A stretch of 64,000 nucleotides of DNA from a virus. The position numbers were made by a program, and so were the translations under genes. The DNA lies in IMG/VR virus record IMGVR_UViG_3300047557_002158, positions 4,045-68,044 of that record; one strand, given 5' to 3'. A model generated the notes under the pieces. It worked only from the letters and a program-made list of their open reading frames with translations. It was not told where the DNA came from and made no database searches. This document shows, one piece after another, positions 57,989 to 64,000 of the stretch (its first letter is position 1; every line of letters starts with the position of its first letter).

Positions 57989-58135
57989 TTTGTTTAGTGT
58001 TATCAAGGTATCGCATATGGACGCATATGCTATGCGGGCCTAATCTGCCGGAAACAGGTCCTGAGATAACTGCATCGGCTTTGGAGAGGAAGCACCTCAC
58101 TCCTAAATTTGCACGATAACACTAAACAAATGGTA
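57984..58135 (+). ncRNA. Stem-closed structured RNA element B
   Basis: Perfect 21-bp terminal inverted repeat 57984-58004/58115-58135; internal hairpins. Confidence 0.6.
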
Positions 58136-58141
58136 ATTTGT

Positions 58142-58215
58142 GGGGGTATAACTTAGTGGTAAAGTATCCGGCTTTTAACCGGAAAACCAGAGTTCAATTC
58201 TCTGTGCCCCTACCA
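58142..58215 (+). tRNA. trnK: tRNA-Lys(TTT)
   Basis: TCCGG-CTTTTAA-CCGGA, CCA. Confidence 0.92.
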
Positions 58216-58292
58216 AAGTTTTGGGAGAATCGCTGCGAAGCGTATTCTTAAACGACCTGTAGAACTCCCAGGCGTCCCGTAGTTAGTATTTT

Positions 58293-58385
58293 GGAGGTCT
58301 TGATGCTATGGCGTGTGCATCCCCGGACTGTAAATCCGGTCCCTCGTGGTAAACATTCGCGGTTCGACTCCGTGGACCTCCACCA
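58293..58385 (+). tRNA. trnY: tRNA-Tyr(GTA)
   Basis: CCGGA-CTGTAAA-TCCGG, variable arm, CCA. Confidence 0.9.
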
Positions 58386-58625
58386 GAACGTGCCGATTCG
58401 TCACCGGCTAGTCTGACCCAGACGATGAGAAGTGGTTTGATACCCACGGGTGGTTCTGAGGCGAAGAAGCCTCACAGTAGAAATACTGCGGTCTAACCAA
58501 ACCGGCGCTGGCAATGCGAGAATCCTCTTTGGTCGTGAAGCTGATGGAGCTGTGTGTGATGGATAGTTCAAAAAACTATCTTGATGCAGTATATGGACAG
58601 CCGCAGAGAGGAAGCAACTAATTTT
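58386..58625 (+). ncRNA. About 240-nt multi-helix RNA of unknown class
   Basis: GC-rich, no credible ORF, at least six helices including a GAAA tetraloop. Confidence 0.6.
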
Positions 58626-58700
58626 GGTTCCAAAGTGTTCATGGACGCACGTATGCCTGTCACGCATAAAGAAGGGGATCGTTACCCCTTGGAACCGCCA
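58626..58700 (+). tRNA. trnD: tRNA-Asp(GTC)
   Basis: TATGC-CTGTCAC-GCATA; atypical T loop ATCGTTA; CCA. Confidence 0.9.
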
Positions 58701-58704
58701 AGAT

Positions 58705-58740
58705 TATAAATAAGATTAACAAAAAGGAGTTAATCTTATG
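58705..58740 (+). promoter_or_regulatory. Late promoter plus start-codon-sequestering hairpin of the HNH gene
   Basis: TATAAATA 58705-12; ATAAGATTAAC/GTTAATCTTAT 11-bp stem covering the ATG. Confidence 0.75.
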
Positions 58741-59070
58741 AAAAAGTGTAAATGGCACTTGTGTCAAAAAGAAACAGAAAAAACATATTGTTCAGTTAAA
58801 TGTAAAAATAAACAATCGGTGCAAAATCGAAGAAAAAATATAAAAGAGAGGTCTATAAATTATAAAGGTGGTCGTTGTGAAAATTGCGGTTATTCTAAAT
58901 GTAACGAAGCTTTAGAATTTCATCACAGAGACCCAAACGAAAAAGATTTTGGTTTATCTGCTCATGGCATCACACGTTCATGGGAAAAGGTAAAACAAGA
59001 ATTGGATAAATGTATTCTTTTATGTGCAAATTGCCATAGAGAAGAACATTTTTTAACAAAGTTAATTTGA
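58738..59070 (+). mobile_element. HNH endonuclease (putative homing endonuclease) inside the tRNA array
   Basis: CENCGY...LEFHH.DP...CILLCANCHREEH; N-terminal Cys motif YCSVKC. Confidence 0.88.
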
Positions 59071-59077
59071 ATTTTAT

Positions 59078-59154
59078 TCCCCAGTAGCTCAGTCGGTAGT
59101 AGCGTCTGCCTGTTAAGCAGAAGGTCCGTGGATCGTGCCCACGCTGGGGAGCCA
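59078..59154 (+). tRNA. trnN: tRNA-Asn(GTT)
   Basis: TCTGC-CTGTTAA-GCAGA, CCA. Confidence 0.92.
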
Positions 59155-59160
59155 TACAAT

Positions 59161-59237
59161 GCCCTCTTACTCCAATTGGTAGAGAGGACGGTCTTAGAAG
59201 CCGTAAAGTCTCAGTTCGAATCTGAGAGAGGGCACCA
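59161..59237 (+). tRNA. trnL: tRNA-Leu(TAG) lacking a long variable arm
   Basis: ACGGT-CTTAGAA-GCCGT, 5-nt variable loop, 77 nt. Confidence 0.85.
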
Positions 59238-59243
59238 TATTAC

Positions 59244-59318
59244 ACCCTTGTAGCTCAGAGGCAGAGCACCGTCTTGATAAGGCGTAGGCCGACATTTCGA
59301 AACTGTCCAAGGGTACCA
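59244..59318 (+). tRNA. trnI: tRNA-Ile(GAT)
   Basis: TTGATAA loop, ACCCTTG/CAAGGGT acceptor, CCA. Confidence 0.88.
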
Positions 59319-59370
59319 AACAACTCGCCTTGACTGATGGCGTAGAGAAGGATAAGTAATCAGTCAAATT

Positions 59371-59445
59371 GGGCTGTTAGTGCTAATGGGAACACATCTG
59401 GTTTGCAACCAGAAATTGAGAGTTCGATTCTCTCACGGTCCACCA
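59371..59445 (+). tRNA. trnA: tRNA-Ala(TGC)
   Basis: TCTGG-TTTGCAA-CCAGA, G3-U70 pair. Confidence 0.92.
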
Positions 59446-59451
59446 AATTTC

Positions 59452-59527
59452 GCTCCTGAAGCATTGCTGGCGATGCGCCGGATTTGTAACCCGGAGATAG
59501 TCTGTTCGATTCAGACCGGGAGCACCA
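59452..59527 (+). tRNA. trnT: tRNA-Thr(TGT)
   Basis: TTTGTAA loop, CCA. Confidence 0.88.
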
Positions 59528-59534
59528 ATTTTTT

Positions 59535-59610
59535 CTCCGATTAGCGTAGCCTGGTAGCGCCCCTGCTTTGGGAGCAGGTAGCGGGGGTTCGAATCCCTCA
59601 TCGGAGACCA
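59535..59610 (+). tRNA. trnP: tRNA-Pro(TGG)
   Basis: CCTGC-TTTGGGA-GCAGG, CCA. Confidence 0.93.
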
Positions 59611-59614
59611 ATAT

Positions 59615-59689
59615 GGTTGTATGACGTAGACGGATGCGTACCGCCCTCATAAGGCGAGGAGGTTGGATCGTTACCAACTACAACCACCA
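59615..59689 (+). tRNA. trnM: tRNA-Met(CAT), probably elongator
   Basis: CTCATAA loop, GGTTGTA/TACAACC acceptor, atypical T loop. Confidence 0.8.
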
Positions 59690-59691
59690 CA

Positions 59692-59766
59692 CGGTCTTTA
59701 GTTCAACGGATAGAATAATAGGCTACGAACCTATAGATGGGGATTCGATTTCCTCAGGACCGGCCA
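59692..59766 (+). tRNA. trnR: tRNA-Arg(ACG)
   Basis: ATAGG-CTACGAA-CCTAT, CCA. Confidence 0.9.
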
Positions 59767-59771
59767 AAAAT

Positions 59772-59845
59772 ATCTCGGTAGTGTAACGGCAGCACCATGG
59801 TCTCCAAAACCATTAGTGAGGGTTCGAATCCTTCCCGGGATGCCA
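59772..59845 (+). tRNA. trnW: tRNA-Trp(CCA)
   Basis: ATGGT-CTCCAAA-ACCAT, CCA. Confidence 0.92.
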
Positions 59846-59871
59846 GTATAAGTAATAGAAAGTAGGTTAAT

Positions 59872-60342
59872 ATGTTCAACAAAAAAATTGATCTTGAAGA
59901 AGTAAAAGCCTTTGTAGAGAATTGTGGTCCAGATACCAAAATTTATCTTGGCTGTGATTCTGAAAAAGTCAAAGTGAACGGTGTGTGGTATGCTGATTAC
60001 ATTACTGCTGTTGTTGTTCATATTGACAGTAAACATGGTTGTAAAATTTTTGGTCAGATTGAAAGAGAAAGGGATTTCGATCAACAAAAAAATAAACCTA
60101 GGTTGCGTTTGATGACGGAAGTTTATAAGGTTGCAGATATGTACCTAAGTCTTTCGGCAATCATAGCAAATGATATTGAAGTGCATCTTGACATTAACCC
60201 AGATATGATGCATAATTCAAGCATTGTTGTTAACGAAGCGATTGGCTACATAAAGGGTATGTGTAATGTTGTGCCTCTAGTGAAACCAAAAGCATTTGCA
60301 GCATCTTATGCGGCTGATAGACTGAAAAGTTTTGCAGCATAA
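59872..60342 (+). CDS. RNase H-like YkuK (DUF458) family protein
   Basis: IYLGCDS, RLMTEV, EVHLDIN, KPKAFAASYAAD. Confidence 0.82.
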   Translation: MFNKKIDLEEVKAFVENCGPDTKIYLGCDSEKVKVNGVWYADYITAVVVHIDSKHGCKIFGQIERERDFDQQKNKPRLRLMTEVYKVADMYLSLSAIIANDIEVHLDINPDMMHNSSIVVNEAIGYIKGMCNVVPLVKPKAFAASYAADRLKSFAA

Positions 60343-60349
60343 GTAAAAA

Positions 60350-60423
60350 GCGGGATTAGTTTAATGGTAAAACTACAGATTTCCAATCTGTTGTTGACAG
60401 TTCGATTCTGTCATCCCGCTCCA
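60350..60423 (+). tRNA. trnG: tRNA-Gly(TCC)
   Basis: ACAGA-TTTCCAA-TCTGT, U73, CCA. Confidence 0.92.
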
Positions 60424-60496
60424 TATAAAAGCACATTATCTCAGTTTCCTCATCACAAGGGTTGAGGCGAGATTAACAATAGTGTGCTTCTATATG
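60422..60496 (+). ncRNA. Stem-closed structured RNA element C
   Basis: 18-bp terminal inverted repeat 60422-60439/60479-60496 (one G-U, one mismatch); arm similar to element A. Confidence 0.5.
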
Positions 60497-60502
60497 TCTC
60501 TT

Positions 60503-60576
60503 GCGGGATTGGTTTAATGGTAAAACGAAACCTTGCCAAGGTTTAGTCAACAGTTCGATTCTGTTATCCCGCTCCA
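60503..60576 (+). tRNA. trnG: tRNA-Gly(GCC)
   Basis: AAACC-TTGCCAA-GGTTT, CCA. Confidence 0.92.
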
Positions 60577-60577
60577 T

Positions 60578-60653
60578 GGAGTTATTAGTGTAGTGGACTG
60601 CACCCCATGTTGTGACCGTGGTAGTATGAGTTCGATCCTCATATAACTCCCCA
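60578..60653 (+). tRNA. trnH: tRNA-His(GTG)
   Basis: CCATG-TTGTGAC-CGTGG, G-1:C73. Confidence 0.9.
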
Positions 60654-60657
60654 GAAT

Positions 60658-60731
60658 AGCCCGTTAGTTTAATGGTAGAACCCCGCCCTTACAAGACGGT
60701 CACGGCAGTTCGATTCTGTCACGGGCTACCA
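60658..60731 (+). tRNA. trnV: tRNA-Val(TAC)
   Basis: CTTACAA loop, CCA. Confidence 0.9.
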
Positions 60732-60734
60732 ATC

Positions 60735-60808
60735 GCTCTTATAGGTAAATGGCATACCGCATCCTTGGTAAGGATGTATCCCAAGTTCGATTCTTGGTAA
60801 GAGCACCA
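60735..60808 (+). tRNA. trnT: tRNA-Thr(GGT)
   Basis: CATCC-TTGGTAA-GGATG, CCA. Confidence 0.9.
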
Positions 60809-60810
60809 AT

Positions 60811-60887
60811 GCCGCTATGGTGAAGGTGGTCCTCACGTTGGTCTGAAGAACCAAAGAACCTAGTTCGATTCTCAGGTGGCGGCACCA
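60811..60887 (+). tRNA. trnF: tRNA-Phe(GAA)
   Basis: TTGGT-CTGAAGA-ACCAA, bulged T stem, CCA. Confidence 0.85.
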
Positions 60888-60899
60888 AAAGGAGTTTAT

Positions 60900-61094
60900 A
60901 TGTACATTTCTTCTATTCAAACATACACGGACATATATTTTGATATGATTCGTACAACAGAAAGAAAAACCATATCTAATGATAATGGTGAGAAGGTCAA
61001 AGAAATATTAGATTTTTCTTATCGTCCTTACACACATAATGGTCAATTAAATTCGACTGCACAAACAGGTCAAATTATTGATATAATGGCGTAA
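60900..61094 (+). CDS. Hypothetical protein
   Basis: ATG at 60900 after AAGGAG; ends GQIIDIMA. Confidence 0.65.
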   Translation: MYISSIQTYTDIYFDMIRTTERKTISNDNGEKVKEILDFSYRPYTHNGQLNSTAQTGQIIDIMA

Positions 61095-61171
61095 GCCCCG
61101 GTGACGGAATTGGTATACGTGTTTGACTCAAAATCAAAATTTTAGGAGTTCGACTCTCCTCTGGGGCACCA
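61095..61171 (+). tRNA. trnL: tRNA-Leu(CAA) lacking a long variable arm
   Basis: TTTGA-CTCAAAA-TCAAA, Leu-type D arm, 5-nt variable loop. Confidence 0.87.
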
Positions 61172-61172
61172 C

Positions 61173-61201
61173 TTGACAAATTACACTTAACTTTGTATAA
61201 T
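61173..61201 (+). promoter_or_regulatory. Sigma70 consensus promoter for the last tRNAs
   Basis: TTGACA-17-TATAAT. Confidence 0.85.
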
Positions 61202-61210
61202 ATCTCTATT

Positions 61211-61293
61211 GCGGGTGTGGTGGAATGGTAGACACAGGAGACTTAAAATCTCCCGCCTTAAGCGTGTGGGTTCGACTCCCGCCACCCGCACCA
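61211..61293 (+). tRNA. trnL: tRNA-Leu(TAA)
   Basis: GGAGA-CTTAAAA-TCTCC, variable arm present. Confidence 0.94.
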
Positions 61294-61297
61294 AAAA

Positions 61298-61373
<76 letters not shown>

Positions 61374-61375
61374 AT

Positions 61376-61450
61376 CCGGCTATCGTATAATGGATAATAC
61401 AAGGGTCTTCTAAGCCTTGAATGTGGGTTCGATTCCTGCTAGCCGGGCCA
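61376..61450 (+). tRNA. trnR: tRNA-Arg(TCT)
   Basis: AGGGT-CTTCTAA-GCCTT, CCA. Confidence 0.9.
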
Positions 61451-61463
61451 TAATAAATACTGT

Positions 61464-61536
61464 AGCGGGTTGGTGAAAAGGTATCACAGTGGGCTCATAA
61501 TCCTCAGTTCCGGTTCGACTCCGTGGCCCGCAACCA
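61464..61536 (+). tRNA. trnfM: Initiator-type tRNA-fMet(CAT), possibly degenerate
   Basis: Unpaired 1:72, GGG-CTCATAA, CCCGCAACCA end; imperfect anticodon and T stems. Confidence 0.7.
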
Positions 61537-61538
61537 CT

Positions 61539-62192
61539 TTATTTGTTATTCAATGGATTGTCCAGTGCCTTCTGGATTTTTGTATCCACTTCTTTCTTGA
61601 GAGCATCCACATCTCTCTTAACATCTCTTTTCATAGTATCAACTTCTCTAGCAATTTCTCTTTTGCTGGTGTCAACTTCTTTGGTTATTTCCCTACGTGC
61701 ATCAGCAACTTCTTTACGAATCGCATTCACTTCAGCTCTTGCTTTTTCTAAATCTTCACGAATATCTTTTCGTGCTTGACGCATTTCTTGCTCTGTTTCA
61801 CGCTGAGCCGTTTTCACACTTCGTTCAATTTGTTCAGTAACAGATTCATTTCTGCGAATATCATTCTTCAAATCATTCTTAATGTCTCTTGTGTAATCTG
61901 AAGTCTTTGCACTGTTTTCTTCAATAACGGCCAATCGTTTGTCAAATTCCGATAAATCTGGTGCAACATATTCTGCAATTTTCTTTTTCATTCCAATGTA
62001 ATCTTTATATACCTCAAACGCACCATATAATCCACCAAGAACTGATGACACGATGGTGGCAGCCACCATCAGTTTTGCTGGAGTGAATTCATATCCACCA
62101 ATACTGATAACGGTATCTTTACTTGCATACTTCTTAACTGCCGCTTCAGCTTCATCAATCTTTTTATTTACGTCTTTGATTTCTTCTGACAT
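61539..62192 (-). CDS. Membrane-anchored coiled-coil protein
   Basis: One hydrophobic helix, long charged helical repeats, ends ALDNPLNNK. Confidence 0.8.
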   Translation of the reverse strand: MSEEIKDVNKKIDEAEAAVKKYASKDTVISIGGYEFTPAKLMVAATIVSSVLGGLYGAFEVYKDYIGMKKKIAEYVAPDLSEFDKRLAVIEENSAKTSDYTRDIKNDLKNDIRRNESVTEQIERSVKTAQRETEQEMRQARKDIREDLEKARAEVNAIRKEVADARREITKEVDTSKREIAREVDTMKRDVKRDVDALKKEVDTKIQKALDNPLNNK

Positions 62193-62193
62193 T

Positions 62194-63762
62194 TTACTTC
62201 CTATATTGTTGATCTACCATTTGTTGGTGTAATCTATCCGATGATAGTTGCCTTAATGCTCTAACATTATCTACTGTTGATTGATTTTTATAGATTTCAT
62301 CAGGTTTGTATAACTGACCATCCTTGAGTGCTAAACTAAGATAAGCACTAAATCCTGGCGGGTTAACTGCCATGGAGGATATGTCAACATTACCAGCCAG
62401 TTCATTTGGCTGTACATTGCTTTTAACTGTTTCTGTTTTTTGTTCTGCTTGTGTATTTTCTATTGGCAATCTTTGTTGCATTGCCATGTTAACAGGATTA
62501 TCATTTGCATTTAAATTGGATTGTTGAATTTGTTCGATTTGAATATCTCTAAATTCATTTCTAAAAGTCATCGATGCAGTAACTGTTATCTCATTACTCA
62601 TTAAAGAATAATCAACTCTACCCATCGGCGTATTAGAATTAACTACACTTGTATTAGATGAAGAAATTGATTGCTGCTGTTGTGCGTCATTATTTCTTTG
62701 TATATTATTAATTGCCATATTCGTTTGTTCTTGTGCATTTGCAATTGCAGTTGAAACTTCTTGTAGTGCATTTGATACGGCGGCACTTTGAACTGCTCTA
62801 TCGTTAGCTTGAACCTGTCTCACAACACTCATTATCAAACCCATATTTGGTGTTGATTTATTTTTTTCATCCGATTCTTGTTTTTGCGATTCTTTAACAG
62901 ATTGTGGTATATTATCTGGCGCACTAATTGTTCCGGTTGTTGAAACTTGAACACCGCCAGCATCAACAGAAATAGTTGTTGGTTGAACATCAGAAGTTGC
63001 CGGCAAAGATGTGGTAGATATTGTAACTGTACCTATTGTCGTTGTTATAGGTGTTGAATTTTTACTAATAGCATCCAAATAACCAGGACAACTTGGTGAA
63101 CTTAAAACATTCACTGAACAAGGATCAACAGAATATTTTAAACTAAAACTTATATTATAAATTTCTGGTCCATATGGACCTGCCCAACCATTATTATCAC
63201 GACCGATAAAACCATATCTGACATTACTTAAATTACTGACTGTGAGTGGTGTTGTGAATGTTTCACTGTAATTAAAATTAGTCCAGTTAAAGAGATAATT
63301 TAAATTGTAATTTTTATTGTATGCAACATTATTAGAAGTGTCATAGAATGTTACATATGCATTTAATTGATCAACCCTACCATCATCCCAACCATTACCA
63401 TTTTTTGCGGTAAAGCCAAAGTTATATCCTTTTACAACTAAACCTGTTCCTGAATTTGGTAAAACATTTGATATAGCTTGAACTTGATGTAAATCAGTTA
63501 ATCCAAAAGAAAAATTAATATTATTTCCTGGACGTACAATTGGATTTGGGCCACAATAACCAATCAAACCCCAAGCCCAACAACTCAATTCATTTTGATA
63601 TACACCATTCACCCAAGAGGATGGTCCACCATAAGGCGTATTGTTAACAATATTGCCTGTTGTATATGTTTGTGTCGGATCTAGTATCTGTGCGTTACTT
63701 GAAAAGCTTGTGAACAAGCACACCAAGGAAACTGCCGATACCAATCTTTGTATAAGTGTCAT
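62194..63762 (-). CDS. Large secreted/envelope protein of unknown function
   Basis: Signal peptide, beta-rich N-terminal domain, DPC...SPSCPGY motif, low-complexity linker, HQQMVDQQY end. Confidence 0.75.
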   Translation of the reverse strand: MTLIQRLVSAVSLVCLFTSFSSNAQILDPTQTYTTGNIVNNTPYGGPSSWVNGVYQNELSCWAWGLIGYCGPNPIVRPGNNINFSFGLTDLHQVQAISNVLPNSGTGLVVKGYNFGFTAKNGNGWDDGRVDQLNAYVTFYDTSNNVAYNKNYNLNYLFNWTNFNYSETFTTPLTVSNLSNVRYGFIGRDNNGWAGPYGPEIYNISFSLKYSVDPCSVNVLSSPSCPGYLDAISKNSTPITTTIGTVTISTTSLPATSDVQPTTISVDAGGVQVSTTGTISAPDNIPQSVKESQKQESDEKNKSTPNMGLIMSVVRQVQANDRAVQSAAVSNALQEVSTAIANAQEQTNMAINNIQRNNDAQQQQSISSSNTSVVNSNTPMGRVDYSLMSNEITVTASMTFRNEFRDIQIEQIQQSNLNANDNPVNMAMQQRLPIENTQAEQKTETVKSNVQPNELAGNVDISSMAVNPPGFSAYLSLALKDGQLYKPDEIYKNQSTVDNVRALRQLSSDRLHQQMVDQQYRK

Positions 63763-64000
63763 CTTTTCTTTCTTTTATTGGCGCTGGAATTTTATTTGGG
63801 TTGGATTCCCAGGATGCTTTGGCAGCATCACCAATTTTTCCTTCATATGGACATGGAGTGCCAGCCGCCATCATTGCATCCCAAACTCTGCGGTCTTGAC
63901 ACATGGTAGCAACAGCAGCCACTTTCATACCCATATCATAAAGAGTTTTAGACAATTTTAATCTTTCGCAATTTTCATCACGAACGGTTGTGCCTGTAGA
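63695..64000 (-). CDS. Cys-containing envelope protein (5' truncated by window edge)
   Basis: Frame open to the edge: DENCERLKLSKTLYDMGMKVAAVATMCQD...GTPCPYEG, C-terminal hydrophobic segment. Confidence 0.75.
   Translation of the reverse strand, partial: STGTTVRDENCERLKLSKTLYDMGMKVAAVATMCQDRRVWDAMMAAGTPCPYEGKIGDAAKASWESNPNKIPAPIKERKDDTYTKIGIGSFLGVLVHKLFK

Noticed and set aside
58386-58625. tmRNA, RNase P RNA or group I intron
   Set aside because: No tRNA-Ala-like ends or tag ORF, no GAGGAAAGTCC-type RNase P motif, and the flanking tRNAs are complete rather than interrupted

Overview
This window is 64 kb of a large, AT-rich T4-like (myovirus) phage genome in the standard genetic code, almost entirely on the + strand. 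Order: (1) the end of an enzyme cluster with two radical-SAM proteins carrying Cys-rich SPASM-like tails, an unknown protein and a 2OG-Fe(II) oxygenase (1-2756); (2) a ~21 kb tail-fibre/adhesin island with fibre proteins ending in DGGxF, a 6x LamG protein and five Gly-rich paralogues; (3) T4 core morphogenesis genes gp13-gp23 and gp3; (4) replication/transcription genes uvsY, uvsW, gp55, gp47/46, gp1, gp45, gp44/62 and regA, interspersed with auxiliary genes (peptide deformylase, cytidylyltransferase, DruA-like, glycosyltransferase-like, Hsp20, rubrerythrin plus an un-called rubredoxin, dCMP deaminase); (5) an array of 29 tRNA genes covering all 20 amino acids; (6) a minus-strand cassette of three envelope-type genes. 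The most unusual signals are in the tRNA array: two rrn-like promoters with an identical boxA block and a shared palindromic upstream site, several structured non-tRNA RNAs (three closed by long stems starting in a tRNA CCA end), and tRNAs with swapped variable-arm architecture. The radical-SAM cluster and the DGGxF fibre motif are the other main candidates. All calls come from motif recognition by eye; no searches were run.
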